Assembly (NCBI GenBank): GCA_002269645.1
Contig: NIVC01000686.1
Span: 81,968 to 145,967, forward strand
Reading direction: 5' to 3'
DNA length: 64,000 nt
Source: Macrostomum lignano
Taxonomy: Eukaryota
Position 1 is the stretch's first letter, and every line of letters begins with the position of its first letter. This document shows positions 40,541 through 57,092 of this stretch, piece by piece. The notes below the pieces were generated by a model. That model saw only the letters and a program-made list of their open reading frames with translations, was not told where the DNA came from and ran no database searches. A program made the translations under genes and the position numbers.

Positions 40541-41863
40541 ACAGCTATTTCTGTCTTAGCGCATTGCACAAGTTAATAAAAGAAAATATTGGTAAAATAA
40601 TAATTAATATTAAGCACAGTATACTCTGAAATTTTAAGCGTTCAAACGAGAAAGTGACTACTTGAAGCTTCTATTGTACCACAATGTCAGACACAACAGT
40701 CAAAGAAAAATATATTATAATTCATTATAATGAATCCCAGCAACTACAGGCATACATATAGCTGGTTCTCGGTGCAATAGTTTTCTCCAGAATCAAAAAA
40801 AGAGCAAAAGTAGAATAAAGGACAAAGGTGGACTCAAATTTGTAAGGGAGTAAAACGCCAAACAAGTGTGAAACAATATTTAATTAACAAATTTATAGGT
40901 TTATGGATAATAGACCAAGATGGCAAGCAAAATCTAATTTAAGCATAAAAAATTCAGCACTGATCGAAATTCAAGTGCATCATGATCTCTGTTTCTGCTC
41001 GATAAAAATAGCATTCTGCAAATAATTTCCATCATACTACTTACAACTGCGTGTTAGTAGTTGAAATTAGATTTTTTCTACAAATTATTCTAAGCTTTGC
41101 TTGGTGTAGTGACTTTGTTGGGCAGCAGTAACCGGAATGCTGGGCGACAATTTTTTGAGTGTAGAAGTGAAATGTAGACAGATTATAGATAAGTAATACA
41201 ATCTACATATAGGCTGTAAATAACAAAGGAGAGGGAAATAACACAGAAAATATGATTGAGTATATCTACACACAGGTCATGTGCCAGAGGACCTAACGGG
41301 CCCGCATTCATTTGGGGCTTGTGTGCGGTTGTCGTACGATCAACAGCCACGAGAGCCAACTTATCCAAGAGCCAGAATAGTGTACATTCCCGACGGAATT
41401 AGAAAGTCAAAAAGGGCCGATGCGCCAATGATAATGATGATTGACAACGCGCCAAGCCCTGCCCCCGTCAATGCATTTGGGCATCAAAATATCATCATTA
41501 GACAAAAAAATGTACAAAAAATCATCGCTTTATATATACCTGACGTTAATCAATAAAAAATCCTGGGGCAGTTAGAACTAACAGGTAAAATACACACGAT
41601 TTCGATAGTTGACACAGTAGAATACATTTCGTAGCTTCTTATTATTCATATCTACAAACTGTAAAATGGCTTCTAAGAAAAGCTTATATGGTTAATCAAC
41701 AACAGTCAACAACATACAGACAGAAGCTTGCAAACATATGACAGGTGGGAACAGTTGTATAAATATCGAAATAAATTTATAATAGATTATAGATAGTAAA
41801 GAAACTACATTAAGCCAGGTGCACAGCTTAGTCATTATTTGCGCAGTAATTTTTCAGTAGTAA

Positions 41864-42650
41864 AAATTACTCATTATGACCAATTTTCATCTCAGGTGAA
41901 TTACTCATTATGACCAATTCTCATCTCACGGGAATTACTCATTATGACCAATTCTCATCTCAGGTGAGTTACTCATTATGACCAATTCTCATCTCACGGG
42001 AATTACTCATTATGACCAATTCTCATCTCAGGTGAGTTACTCATTATGACCAATTCTCATCTCACGGGAATTACTCATTATGACCAATTCTCATCTCAGG
42101 TTAATTACTCATTATGACCAATTCTCATCTCAGGTGAATTACTCATTATGACCAATTCTCATCTCACGGGAATTACTCATTATGACCAATTCTCATCTCA
42201 GGTTAATTACTCATTATGACCAATTCTCATCTCAGGTTAATTACTCATTATGACCAATTCTCATCTCACGGGAATTACTCATTATGACCAATTCTCATCT
42301 CAGGTAAATTACTCAATATGACCAATTCTCATCTCAGGTGAGTTACTCATTATGAACAATTCTCATCTCAGGTGAGTTACTCATTATGAACAATTCTAAT
42401 CTCAGGTGAATTACTCATTATGACCAATTCTCATCTCATTCGAATTACTCATTATGACCAATTCTAATCTCAGGTGAATTACTCATTATGACCAATTCTC
42501 ATCTCAGGCGAATTACTCATTATGACCAATTCTCATCTGAGGTTAATTACTCATTATGACCAATTCTCATCTGAGGTTAATTACTCATTATGACCAATTC
42601 TCATCTGAGGTTAATTACTCATTATGACCAATTCTCATCTCAGGCGAGAT
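41864..42650. repeat. 34-bp minisatellite (aattactcattatgaccaattctcatctcaggtg)n
   Basis: Period 34 read directly. Confidence 0.96.
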
Positions 42651-42786
42651 ACTACTATCAGATCAGATACTACTATTAGATAAATCGCCGATCTCATAAT
42701 TATGACTAATCGCAGCAAGAAACAAATGAGAAAATTAGCTGTTTAAAATGTGAACCAATAACAGAGTAGCAACGCCACCCAGCCAG

Positions 42787-43197
<411 letters not shown>

Positions 43198-43261
43198 CTA
43201 GGCAATGGGGGAGGGAAGGGTTAGGGCGGTGCAAATCTTCTTTGATGCTATAATACAAACA

Positions 43262-43655
43262 TCAAAATCTTACAGAAATCCAATGGTAGAACATCTAAAT
43301 CTTAAAGAAATCCATGCGTAGAACATCTAAATCTTACAGAAATCCATGCGTAGAACATCTAAATCTTACAGAAATCCAATGGTAGAACATCTAAATCTTA
43401 CAGTAATCCAATGGTAGAACATCTAAATCTTACAGTAATCCAATGGTAGAACATCTAAATCTTACAGTAATCCAATGGTAGAACATCTAAATCTTACAGT
43501 AATCCAATGGTAGAACATCTAAATCTTACAGTAATCCAATGGTAGAACATCTAAATCTTACAGTAATCTAATGGTAGAACATCTAAATCTTACAGTAATC
43601 CAATGGTAGAACATCTAAATCTTAGTAATCCAATGGTAAAACATCTGAATCTTAC
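43262..43655. repeat. 32-bp minisatellite (aaatcttacagtaatccaatggtagaacatct)n
   Basis: Read directly. Confidence 0.95.
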
Positions 43656-44241
43656 AGAAAAGTCTGATTAGATTAAATTAGCTGGGCTATGCACAAAACA
43701 TAGTGCTAATTTATTCATGAGGTTCACCCGCCCATCCTTGGCTTAATACGATGCATCTCCATATCAGATGAAATGTAACAGAAATGTATTTTTGAGCTGA
43801 AATTATAGATTCAATCTTCACTGTTGAAATTGGCCAAAAAAGCAGGCTTAACTGATGAATTTTTCCTACAAAGTATATTCCAGAATCAAAGCCTTCAATA
43901 ATTCATAAAGAGAATTGCTCAACTGCAATTTTTGCGATCCACATTTAAAAAAATGCTTTGTACTCTTTCATAAAAAGAGAAGTAATGATTTGCATAAAAG
44001 CTTATTATATTCTATACTATGATGTAGGTTTGAGGCACTTCCGCATACGGGAATTATTTATACATGTTCGATTCGATTAATGGCAAAGAAATCGAAAATC
44101 AGTAATTAAGGATTCGAATATATTTTTCCTGAAAAAAAATATTGCAAAAAAACCAGAGCATCGTGCGCTGGTTTAAATAGGCCGTTATTAGAAGGACTTA
44201 ATAAAATTAATAATTAGGATTAATAAAATGCAAACCGAGCC

Positions 44242-47200
44242 CTCGCACCTAAACTAATTAAGCCATTCTCCAGTCCTCACACCTTAGGCTAATTAAGCCA
44301 TACTCCAGTCCTCACACCTTAGGCTAATTAAGCCATACCCCAGTCCTCACACCTTAGGCTAATTAAGCCATACTCCAGTCCCCACACCTAGGCTAATTAA
44401 GCCATACTCCAGTCCTCACACAGGCTAATTAAGCCATACTCCAGTCCTCACACCTTAGGCTAATTAAGCCATACCCCAGTCCTCACACCTTAGGCTAATT
44501 AAGCCATACTCCAGTCCTCGCACCTAAACTAATTAAGCCATTCTCCAGTCCTCACACCTTAGGCTAATTAAGCCATACTCCAGTCCTCACACCTAGGCTA
44601 ATTAAGCCATACTCCAGTCCTCACACCTAGGTAATTAAGCCATACTCCAGTCCTCACACCTAGGCTAATTAAGCCATACTCCAGTCCTCACACAGGCTAA
44701 TTAAGTCATACCCCAGTCCTCACACAGGCTAATTAAGCCATACTCCAGTCCTCACACCTTAGGCTAATTAAGCCATACTCCAGTCCTCACACCTTAGGCT
44801 AATTAAGCCATACCCCAGTCCTCACACCTTAGGCTAATTAAGCCATACTCCAGTCCTCACACCTTAGGCTAATTAAGCCATACTCCAGTCCCCACACCTT
44901 AGGCTAATTAAGCCATACTCCAGTCCTCACACCTAGGTAATTAAGCCATACTCCAGTCCTCACACCTAGGCTAATTAAGCCATACTCCAGTCCTCACACC
45001 TAGGTAATTAAGCCATACTCCAGTCCTCACACCTAGGCTAATTAAGCCATACTCCAGTCCTCACACAGGCTAATTAAGCCATACTCCAGTCCTCACACCT
45101 TAGGCTAATTAAGCCATACTCCAGTCCTCACACCTTAGGCTAATTAAGCCATACCCCAGTCCCCACACCTAGGCTAATTAAGCCATACCCCAGTCCCCAC
45201 ACCTAGGCTAATTAAGCCATACCCCAGTCCTCACTGACCTCACACCTAGGCTAATTAAGCCATACCCCAGTCCTCACTGACCTCACACCTAGGCTAATTA
45301 AGCCATACCCCAGTCCTCACACCTAGGCTAATTAAGCCATACCCCAGTCCTCACTGACCTCACACCTAGGCTAATTAAGCCATACTCCAGTCCTTACACC
45401 TAGGCCTAATTAAGCCATACTCCAGTCCCCACACCTAGGCTAATTAAGCCATACCCCAGTCCTCACTGACCTCACACCTAGGCTAATTAAGCCATACTCC
45501 AGTCCTCACACCTTAGGCTAATTAAGCCATACTCCAGTCCTCGCACCTAAACTAATTAAGCCATTCTCCAGTCCTCACACCTTAGGCTAATTAAGCCATA
45601 CTCCAGTCCTCACACCTTAGGCTAATTAAGCCATACCCCAGTCCTCACACCTTAGGCTAATTAAGCCATACTCCAGTCCCCACACCTAGGCTAATTAAGC
45701 CATACCCCAGTCCTCACACCTAGGCTAATTAAGCCATACCCCAGTCCTCACTGACCTCACACCTAGGCTAATTAAGCCATACTCCAGTCCTTACACCTAG
45801 GCCTAATTAAGCCATACTCCAGTCCTCACACCTAGGCTAATTAAGCCATACCCCAGTCCTCACTGACCTCACACCTAGGCTAATTAAGCCATACTCCAGT
45901 CCTCACACCTTAGGCTAATTAAGCCATACTCCAGTCCTCGCACCTAAACTAATTAAGCCATTCTCCAGTCCTCACACCTTAGGCTAATTAAGCCATACTC
46001 CAGTCCTCACACCTTAGGCTAATTAAGCCATACCAAAGTCCTCACACCTTAGGCTAATTAAGCCATACTCCAGTCCTCACACCTTAGGCTAATTAAGCCA
46101 TACTCCAGTCCCCACACCTTAGGCTAATTAAGCCATACTCCAGTCCTCACACCTAGGTAATTAAGCCATACTCCAGTCCTCACACCTAGGCTAATTAAGC
46201 CATACTCCAGTCCTCACACCTAGGTAATTAAGCCATACTCCAGTCCTCACACCTAGGCTAATTAAGCCATACTCCAGTCCTCACACAGGCTAATTAAGTC
46301 ATACCCCAGTCCTCACACAGGCTAATTAAGCCATACTCCAGTCCTCACACCTTAGGCTAATTAAGCCATACTCCAGTCCTCACACCTTAGGCTAATTAAG
46401 CCATACCCCAGTCCTCACACCTTAGGCTAATTAAGCCATACTCCAGTCCTCACACCTAGGCCTAATTAAGCCATACTCCAGTCCCCACACCTAGGCTAAT
46501 TAAGCCATACCCCAGTCCCCACACCTAGGCTAATTAAGCCATACCCCAGTCCTCACACCTAGGCTAATTAAGCCATACCCCAGTCCTCACACCTAGGCTA
46601 ATTAAGCCATACCCCAGTCCTCACTGACCTCACACCTAGGCTAATTAAGCCATACCCCAGTCCTCACACCTAGGCTAATTAAGCCATACCCCAGTCCTCA
46701 CACCTAGGCTAATTAAGCCATACCCCAGTCCTCACACCTAGGCTAATTAAGCCATACCCCAGTCCTCACACCTAGGCTAATTAAGCCATACCCCAGTCCT
46801 CACTGACCTCACACCTAGGCCTAATTAAGCCATACTCCAGTCCCCACACCTAGGCTAATTAAGCCATACCCCAGTTCTCACACCTAGGCTAATTAAGCCA
46901 TACCCCAGTCCTCACTGACCTCACACCTAGGCTAATTAAGCCATACCCCAGTCCTCACACCTAGGCTAATTAAGCCATACCCCAGTCCTCACACCTAGGC
47001 TAATTAAGCCATACCCCAGTCCTCACTGACCTCACACCTAGGCTAATTAAGCCATACTCCAGTCCTTACACCTAGGCCTAATTAAGCCATACTCCAGTCC
47101 CCACACCTAGGCTAATTAAGCCATACCCCAGTCCTCACACCTAGGCTAATTAAGCCATACCCCAGTCCTCACTGACCTCACACCTAGGCTAATTAAGCCA

Positions 47201-47385
47201 TACCCCAGTCCTCACACCTAGGCTAATTAAGCCATACCCCAGTCCTCACACCTAGGCTAATTAAGCCATACCCCAGTCCTCACACCTAGGCTAATTAAGC
47301 CATACCCCAGTCCTCACACCTAGGCTAATTAAGCCATACCCCAGTCCTCACACCTAGGCTAATTAAGCCATACCCCAGTCTTCAC
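44242..47385. repeat. About 34-bp satellite (cctaggctaattaagccatactccagtcctcaca)n, 3.1 kb, with length variants
   Basis: Read directly; diagnostic variant units recur, indicating higher-order duplication. Confidence 0.97.
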
Positions 47386-47402
47386 CACAGATAGGCAACT
47401 TA

Positions 47403-47915
<513 letters not shown>

Positions 47916-48014
47916 TCAGGAGGCAGTGAGTTCTCATGATTTTGACAGGTAGACTCAAAACTCTGAGTTCTGAGAGTTCTGAATAGAAGCTTAATGGCCG
48001 CTCGGGGTCCATCT

Positions 48015-49401
<1,387 letters not shown>

Positions 49402-50973
49402 TTAGTTCAATTACTACAATTGAATTCATACTAAAAATAGTTAAGTTCTTTTTTCTTCTTTCTCTCTGTGCCCTAAAGCTATTTCTAGAGAAAAATACCT
49501 GAGTTCATTACTAAATGATTGATTGCTAGCTTTCCCATGTCTATATTCAGAGGTTAGATTTTAAATCTTAAGCAAAAATATTTGGCTTACACTTGCTATT
49601 AATTTTAACTTTGATAAACGATAAAACAAATCAATGTAGGATAGGCTTAGAAACATTACATCTCAAGAAAAATTGTTTAATAGCAATAAAAGCAAGCTAG
49701 AAATTCCAAAATTTTTATAGATATAATCTACTAATAGTTAAATAAACTATACAATATTTTATCATACTTTTTCAGTTGTGTTATTTATTATAGCTTAAAT
49801 TAAATAAATATACTACAATTTTAAGCAAGAAAGGTAGAGCTACTGTGTGCTTGTATTAGAAGGTTGAATATCTTTCATAAAAAACAATTACAACAAAACA
49901 ACCTGTTGGATTTTAAAGCAATGAATTCTAATCTCTAGAACACTTTTGCATATATAATTAAATCTGAATTCATACTAAAAAACTTATTACTAGTTAAAAT
50001 GGGAGGTTAACAAAACTTTGAATAATTTATATTAAAAACACATTTTTAGAATTGAAGAAAAAAAGAATAGAATATAAGATTATGCAAATCTAAGACTCTG
50101 CAACTATGCTAAGACTTAGGATAGTAAAATCATACCTGTGCAATACCAAGCTAATATAGACAGCTGGTGGGGGGGCCCAGCATAGGTAAGTTGAAAAAAA
50201 TGCTCACCCAAAAATCAGCACATAGAACAAATTTGATGATAAGGCATTTAGCCTTAATAATATTATTAAAGTTAATATTAATTTTTTAGTTTTTTATATG
50301 TAAGCTGCATTTTTGGTCAAAAAATAATTCATATAGATAGTATAAATCCCAGAGGACTAGCAGAGGTCTAGCAAAAATGTGCCAAGGGGTCACTCTCCAA
50401 GGTACATGGGCTACATCAAGGGGTCACCAAGGATACGCTAAGGCCCAGGAAGCATTGCAGCAATAAAGGACTTTTGCTATTACAACAATATAGGACCTTT
50501 TTGGCACTTTGTATTGCTCTAGCAATGGTGACATACCAACAAAACAACATTGCTATGTAGACCATGCCAAACAACTTGGCCAACTTTTAGCATTTTGACA
50601 TTCAGCCTATTCTATGCATGGCCATTTTGACATGGATTCCAAGCATTACACTAAGTGTCACACTGCATTGCACCATGCCAGGCCAAGCATCACCTCATAG
50701 AAAATGCATTGCACTGCTAGGGTCATTTTGAAAATGCACTAGGCACAGGCAGCCATCTGCCATTTAGTTACTTTTTCTAATAAGGAGTGTAAATCAGGAG
50801 GGTTGTGTATATATGATAGTAATATAACTAAATACAAAAACAATAAGATAGCACTAACATATAGCTTTTTAATAAAATAAGGAAACAATAGCAAAACAGG
50901 GGCATAGAAGACAAGAAGATCAAAGAGGCTTTGATATTCTTTTTCTAGTTGGCTAGCAAAGCATATGGTATCT

Positions 50974-51759
50974 GGCTCATTCCATATAAGATGGACATAT
51001 TTGGAAAATAGAAAAAAGTCAATATTTTTGCTTGCCATTGCCTAATTAGCCTATTTTTTTACCAAATGTTTATATTGTGCAATATATACAATCTAAGAAT
51101 AAAGGAATGGTAAAATGTTGGATTAGTATGTTATCAATTGGCAAAAAGTCATTTTTGTAAAAATTTGGACATTTTTCGAAGCAAAAGACATCATTAAGAT
51201 TTTGTACCTTTTAAAAACAAATAGAAAGCTTTTGAAGGTTGAAACAAACTATAGATAAAAGTATAGTACTTGCATCATCAGATAAAAGCATTGGTGACCA
51301 AATAATGTATTATATTTTTAATGTATTAGTACCTCAAAGTTACTGAATTGACAGAAAAAAATATGTTACGACCATAATGTTACGACCATAAGGCTGCCTT
51401 TTCTTTTGTATCTTTGTTGCCTTTTGAGTTTATATATTCTAATAAAAGAGTATGATTTCTAAAGATGTTCTTAGTCAAATTTTAAAAATGTATTGCAAAA
51501 TATCAAAAATGAAAAATGTTATAAGACTTTTACCTTTTAGTTTCTATATGTCAAAAATCCTGTCGTTACAACCATAAGTGTCATTTAAGGTTTAATAGCA
51601 TCTATACTAATGATGATATCTATATGAAACTCTATAAATATATTCTAGACAAAATAATCTTTCATTTAAAATATTGGTTTAGTATATTCTATTATTAGAT
51701 TTCATTTTATAAGTAAAAATAACCTGTCATGTTACAACCATGCTTATATGGAATGAGCC
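50974..51759. mobile_element. MITE copy 1 (786 bp) with GGCTCATTCCATATAA TIRs and a 4-bp TSD (ATCT)
   Basis: atct|ggctcattccatataag ... cttatatggaatgagcc|atct; homologous along its length to 60329-61097 in the opposite orientation. Confidence 0.9.
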
Positions 51760-53399
51760 ATCTCCATTTTTAGTAGGTTTGGCATTCCTTTAAAACATGT
51801 ACTTGGCCTGATATATCCATTTTTGAGCAGGCTTATAACAATATCCTAGGCTTATATAAATTACTTTTTATACATTATATTATTTAGTTGCCAAGTTGAC
51901 AATCTCCTTTTTAGGTCTAATGAATTATTTATAAATGTCTTGAGGTAAGCATTTTGGTCTTATATTGTTTAACCAAAAATACAACATAGGTCCTAGGCCT
52001 ACTTGTTAATAAAAAGTGCATTAATTCAAAGCAATAAATATTTACATAAATTTAGACCTATAATATTTTGGAAATAAAAACTAAAAATAGTATTATATAA
52101 TACAAAGCCAAAGGTATCAATATTTAGCTAAAAAGTAAAGAAAAGAATTGGCTCTCAACTGAAACTATACAATAGCTATTGTTCATTGAAACTAATTTGA
52201 ACTTGAAGCTCTAAATATGCTTAATGAATAATATCATTCTTAAATATTTTGAATAAATATGAATGGAATATAAACTATATCTCAATTGCCAATTGTATAC
52301 TTGATTGCTTTGTTGGCTTTAATAAATTGGGACACTTTTAGGTTTTTGATATAAATAATTTTTTTATTTTGGGTAGCAACTAAAATTATTTTTGCCCATT
52401 TTGAATTTTAGCTTTTCTATACCTTTTGTTGTATCTATTGATAAAAATAAATGCAATATAACTAAAATAGGCCTTGTAGCAAAAATGTTTGCAAATATAT
52501 TTGTTAAAAAGCCTTCTTTATTTTTAGATGCTAAATAGTAACTTTTTTGTGCAAATAAAATTGATACATAATGTTATATAAAAGTTGAACAAATAGTTTG
52601 TTTCCATTTCCAGCTAATACTTAGATTTAACTTAGAACTTAGACTAATAAAATTTATCCTAAATATACATCTATGGCATATGCCTTTTAAAGTTAATCCC
52701 AATAAATTATAGTTTGATAAGTAAGTTAACATATTTAATCAGATATACTAAAAATGAGTTGTTTGTATGTTTGCTTGTGCGCAATCAATTTTCTCTTTGA
52801 ATTTATGTTTTCTCTTTTCTCTTCAAATGGCTTAACCAATTTTTATGTGACTTGCACTGTTCAATCAGAATTTTTTCCATGATGGTAAATGTGTCTTAGC
52901 TAAGAATTTTCTTGGTGCTAAAGGCATTAAATATTTGAAAAACATGCTTTTTTTGCAAATGTCAAGGAAATTTTTTGACTTGAAATACATTGTAAGAATT
53001 CTAGAAAAAACTGACTGGCTGAATTCTGATTCTAAAATAGATTGCATCATAACTGAATTGTAACTCTGACTTGAATTCCATCATAGTATTGAAAATGCAA
53101 TGTGGAAGCGTAGCACTAGACTTGATTTAGATTGAACAACCATATTGTTAACTGACTGACTGAGATACTGACTGACTAAGAAATTGATTATGTCATGATT
53201 GCTTTGTGTGATGTACTCTATGCTTGGAGTTTAAAGTGTTGAATTATATAAGTGCTAAATTTCATGCTATCAAAACAAGAGAGCTAGCCTAGAGATAAAC
53301 AGACTGAACTGCTAAATGCAGCAACGATGGTTTAAATTTTCATAGAGTAGAATTTTTTAGGCAAAGCTTTTTAATGTCAGAAGAACAAAAAGAGTTTTT

Positions 53400-53885
53400 A
53401 AATAGAAGCATCATATAAACAATCATAGAAGCATCATATAAACAATCATAGAAGTATCATGTAAAAAGTAAAAGAAGCACTATGTAAATAATCATATAAG
53501 CATCATAAAAAGTCATAGAAGTGTCATGTAAAAAATCATATAAGCATCATAAAAAATCATAGAAATGTCATGTAAAAAATCATATAAGTGTCATGTAAAC
53601 AATCATAGAAGTGTCATAAAAAATCATGGAAGTGTCATAAAAAATCATAGAAGTGTCATGTAAAAATCATAGAAGCATCATGTAAAGAATCATAGAAGCA
53701 TCATGTAAAAAGTCAGAAGTGTCATGTAAAAAATATAGAAGCATCATGTAAACAATCAGAAGTCATCATGTAAACAATCATAGAAGCTTCATGTAAACAA
53801 TCATAGAAGCTTCATGTAAACAATTATAGAAGCGTCATGTCAACAATCATAGAAGTGTCATGTAAACAATCATAGAAGTATCATG
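53400..53885. repeat. Degenerate repeat of about 23 bp (aaacaatcatagaagcatcatgt)n
   Basis: Read directly. Confidence 0.85.
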
Positions 53886-54529
53886 GAATAGGCCTAATAA
53901 AAGCATCATGTCAGAAATGAAAGAAATGTTGTGTAAAATTGAAAGAAGCATTATGTCAAAAATAAAAGCCAAGATAGCTAGAATAGCTGAGATGTCAAGA
54001 CTTGCAAGGGGAATAGCTAAGATGTCAAGACTCACAGGGGATTGCTAAGGTTATTGCACAGAGAAGGCTCTATAGTTTAAACATGTAGTTTATTCAAAAG
54101 TAGAATAAAGCCTTGACAAAAAAGCATCATGTCAAAAAAGAAGTGTTATGTACAAAAAGTCACATGAAACTACGATGTGCTATCACTCTTAAGGAGAAAT
54201 ACTATTGATATAAAAGCTTATGGGAATATGGGGAATAGCTAAGATGTCAAGGCTCATGGGGGAATAACTGAGATACTAAGGATAAAGTCAAAAGCTATAT
54301 ATAGTAGTTTATTCAGAACTTTCTATTACATTATTTGTTGGCTCCTCACAAGGGGTGTTGCTAATAGAAAAAGAGTCATGTAAAAAATAAAAGAAGCATT
54401 CCATGTCAAAGTTAAAAGATTCATTTGGGAATCCTTATGTATAATATTGAGGCTTACAAGGAACTGCTATAATGGTATAGGCCTAGTAGTATAATAACTC
54501 TTGGGGAGAATTACTGAATTGCCAATGCT

Positions 54530-54588
54530 TTAGGGTTAAGGTTAGGGTTAGGGTTAGGGTAAGGTTAGGCTAGGGTTAAAGTTAGGTT
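54530..54588 (+). repeat. Short degenerate (TTAGGG)n-like tract
   Basis: Three perfect TTAGGG units at 54542-54559 with degenerate flanking units. Confidence 0.7.
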
Positions 54589-55985
54589 GACAGATTTTTT
54601 AAGATTTCAAAGCTTATAAAGGGTATCGCTAAGATGTCAAAGGGGGAACTTGATATATTAAGGCTTATAGAGAAAATTGCTAACATGTCAAGGCTTACAA
54701 GGAACTGCTAAGGTATATTTCAAAGAGACACTGAGATATAGTTTATTAAAAAAACTTTTACTAGGCCTATTTTTTTGGCTCCCTAACAAGGGGCACTGAT
54801 TGCTAGTACTATACTAGAGCTTATTATATCTAATAACTAGAACATAAATCCTTGTTACAACTTGGTGACATTAGGGCCTAGTTGATTTTAAGAGATAGGC
54901 CAATAATATAACACTAAGGGCCTAGGTCCTACTATCAGTATTCAATATCACAGCCTTGAAAATAGGCCTAAACAATAGGGTCCTAGGCCCTATTCCAAAA
55001 GGATAGAGCAAGAACCTTATTATAATAGTGATAGCAGTAGGATATTTCATAGTTAAGAAATTGACCCCTATAGCACATAACAATCAATAGGCCCCTACCT
55101 GATAATTAGGCCTAGGCCTATATAAAAGAAAAAACATTTTATATGATTATATTATAGGCCTATGCCAATACTTATACTTATTATGCCAAAACCTAATTTC
55201 TTTTTCTTTTTGTGGTTAGACATTTATTAAGTATAGGCCTATTAAAAGTAGTCTTCTAGGCTAGGCGCTGCACTAGGCCCTTGGCCCTAGCCTAACCCAA
55301 CTGTCTGGGCTGGGGCCTAGGGGCAAGCAAGGGGCAATAGATAGTTAGGCCTACCCATTAAAAAAGTTAAAACAGTGACAATTTTTCCGAGTCTTAAGTA
55401 TATTTAACACAAAAAAGTTGGTTAAGACTTCAAAAAAGTCTACTATATCAGGTATAATGGGCTTCACATTTTATAAATGATGAATTTTAATTTTAATTTG
55501 TTTGCTACAAAAAATGACTAACAAGCGTCAAGTTCATAATGTCTAATGTAAATTAGATTGCATTAGCCATAAGTGTTGGAAAATGCTTTTATCTACAATT
55601 GTAACACAAAATCGATCGTCCACTATTATTTTTTGTATTTACTACACTGTTTGTTACTCTTGTCTTTGTTTGCGCAAAAAACGATTTATTTATTTAATTT
55701 ACAGGAAACGACAATCGACTCTCATGGATATATAGGCCCTACGATATATTCGTATTCAGATATAATACAGAGCCACAGATACTCAGCAAGCTGCTGGTAG
55801 TGGCAGTGGCAGGCAGAAGTTTTTTTGGTAATTCAGAAGTTCTTATAATCAAGCAAGGCCAGATTTGCACTTGACTTGCGTTGTGTTGTGTCCTGAGACA
55901 GAGCCACAGTCCACAGCAAGCCTTTAGTCAGTCAATCTCTAGGTCTTGCATAGCCGGATTAGATGCCATCGCAGAATATTTTTGT

Positions 55986-56229
55986 CAGGGGCCAGCCAGG
56001 AGCAAAGTTGTAGGCTCTCCCTAGTAATTTGATTATGACTTATACTTTTTATTATTTAGGCCCCCTAGTCCATGGGTGGCAGGAGCTTGTGGCTCCAAAA
56101 TGAGTCCACATGGTAATTCTTAGTGCTTTTCTGATTTTAGGCCCTAATTAGCAGTTACAAAGATACCTGTGCCCCCTTGCCCTATGCCTGGTGCCCCACC
56201 CCCTAAAATGGTAGGCTCTGCCGTCCCTG
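55986..56229. mobile_element. Possible hAT-type MITE of about 244 bp (CAGGG...CCCTG)
   Basis: Matching 5-bp termini with partial inner complementarity; flanks atttttgt / atttagtc only resemble a TSD. Confidence 0.35.
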
Positions 56230-57092
56230 ATTTAGTCTTTAAAAATGGTTCCTAGTCATTTTTTCATTTGCCACTTTGTCATCTGGGGTTTCTGGGGTGC
56301 TTACCTTGACTAAGGTCACTTTGTCATCATAATTAGGCCTAGCATACACTACCTGAAGAGAGTCATTCCGTCATTTACCAATCATATTAGTTCCAACTTC
56401 CAAGTGAATTAATATGGCAATTAAACATATTTACTTGGAATCCTAATGTCAATGATCCTAGTTATTTTGTCATCTTGATTGATAAAATTTGGCAATCAAT
56501 CGTTTTCTGCTTGCTGCAGCTTATAGTTAATAAAAAAATAGTTTTATATTAACTCGAATCTTATATAGATTGATTGGTTAATGACAAAATATCTAGCATA
56601 ACTAAATATTCTGTCACTTTGTCATATTACTTTTCAAATCTACTTTGCTTCTAGTCACTTCTTATCTGGTATGAAAAAATGGAATATGACAATCTGACCA
56701 GTGACCTAAAATATTAGGGCCTAATTTAAAAAAGGATGACTAGGCCTAGGGATAGATAAAAATACAAAAACCATATTTTTAACTTTATATAATTTTAAGC
56801 CAACTCTATAGCTATATTAATATTATTTTAAAGGTAAATAACTCTTTAAGGCAATGTTGCAGTTTGTTTCGCGAAATTATTTTTACTTTTGAATGTAGGG
56901 GATAGTAATAGGCAATCCAATATAGCACTGCACCAAAGACATACATGCCCAACCTCAAAATTTCACCTGTCTGGTGCGACTTAGTTTTGTCCAGATTTGC
57001 AACTTACCTATGTACCACCACACTGAAGGACTAAAGTGTATATTCTTTGAGTCATTATATACTTCACTTAAAGATAGACCTGTACCTGACTA

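Noticed and set aside
40357-40569. AEAVEA-repeat ORF as a coding exon
   Set aside because: It is a short 18-bp repeat with no convincing splice sites or partner exons.
41280-41560. Hydrophobic - strand reading that might be a mitochondrial insertion
   Set aside because: Even reading TGA as Trp, it matches no mitochondrial protein I recognise.
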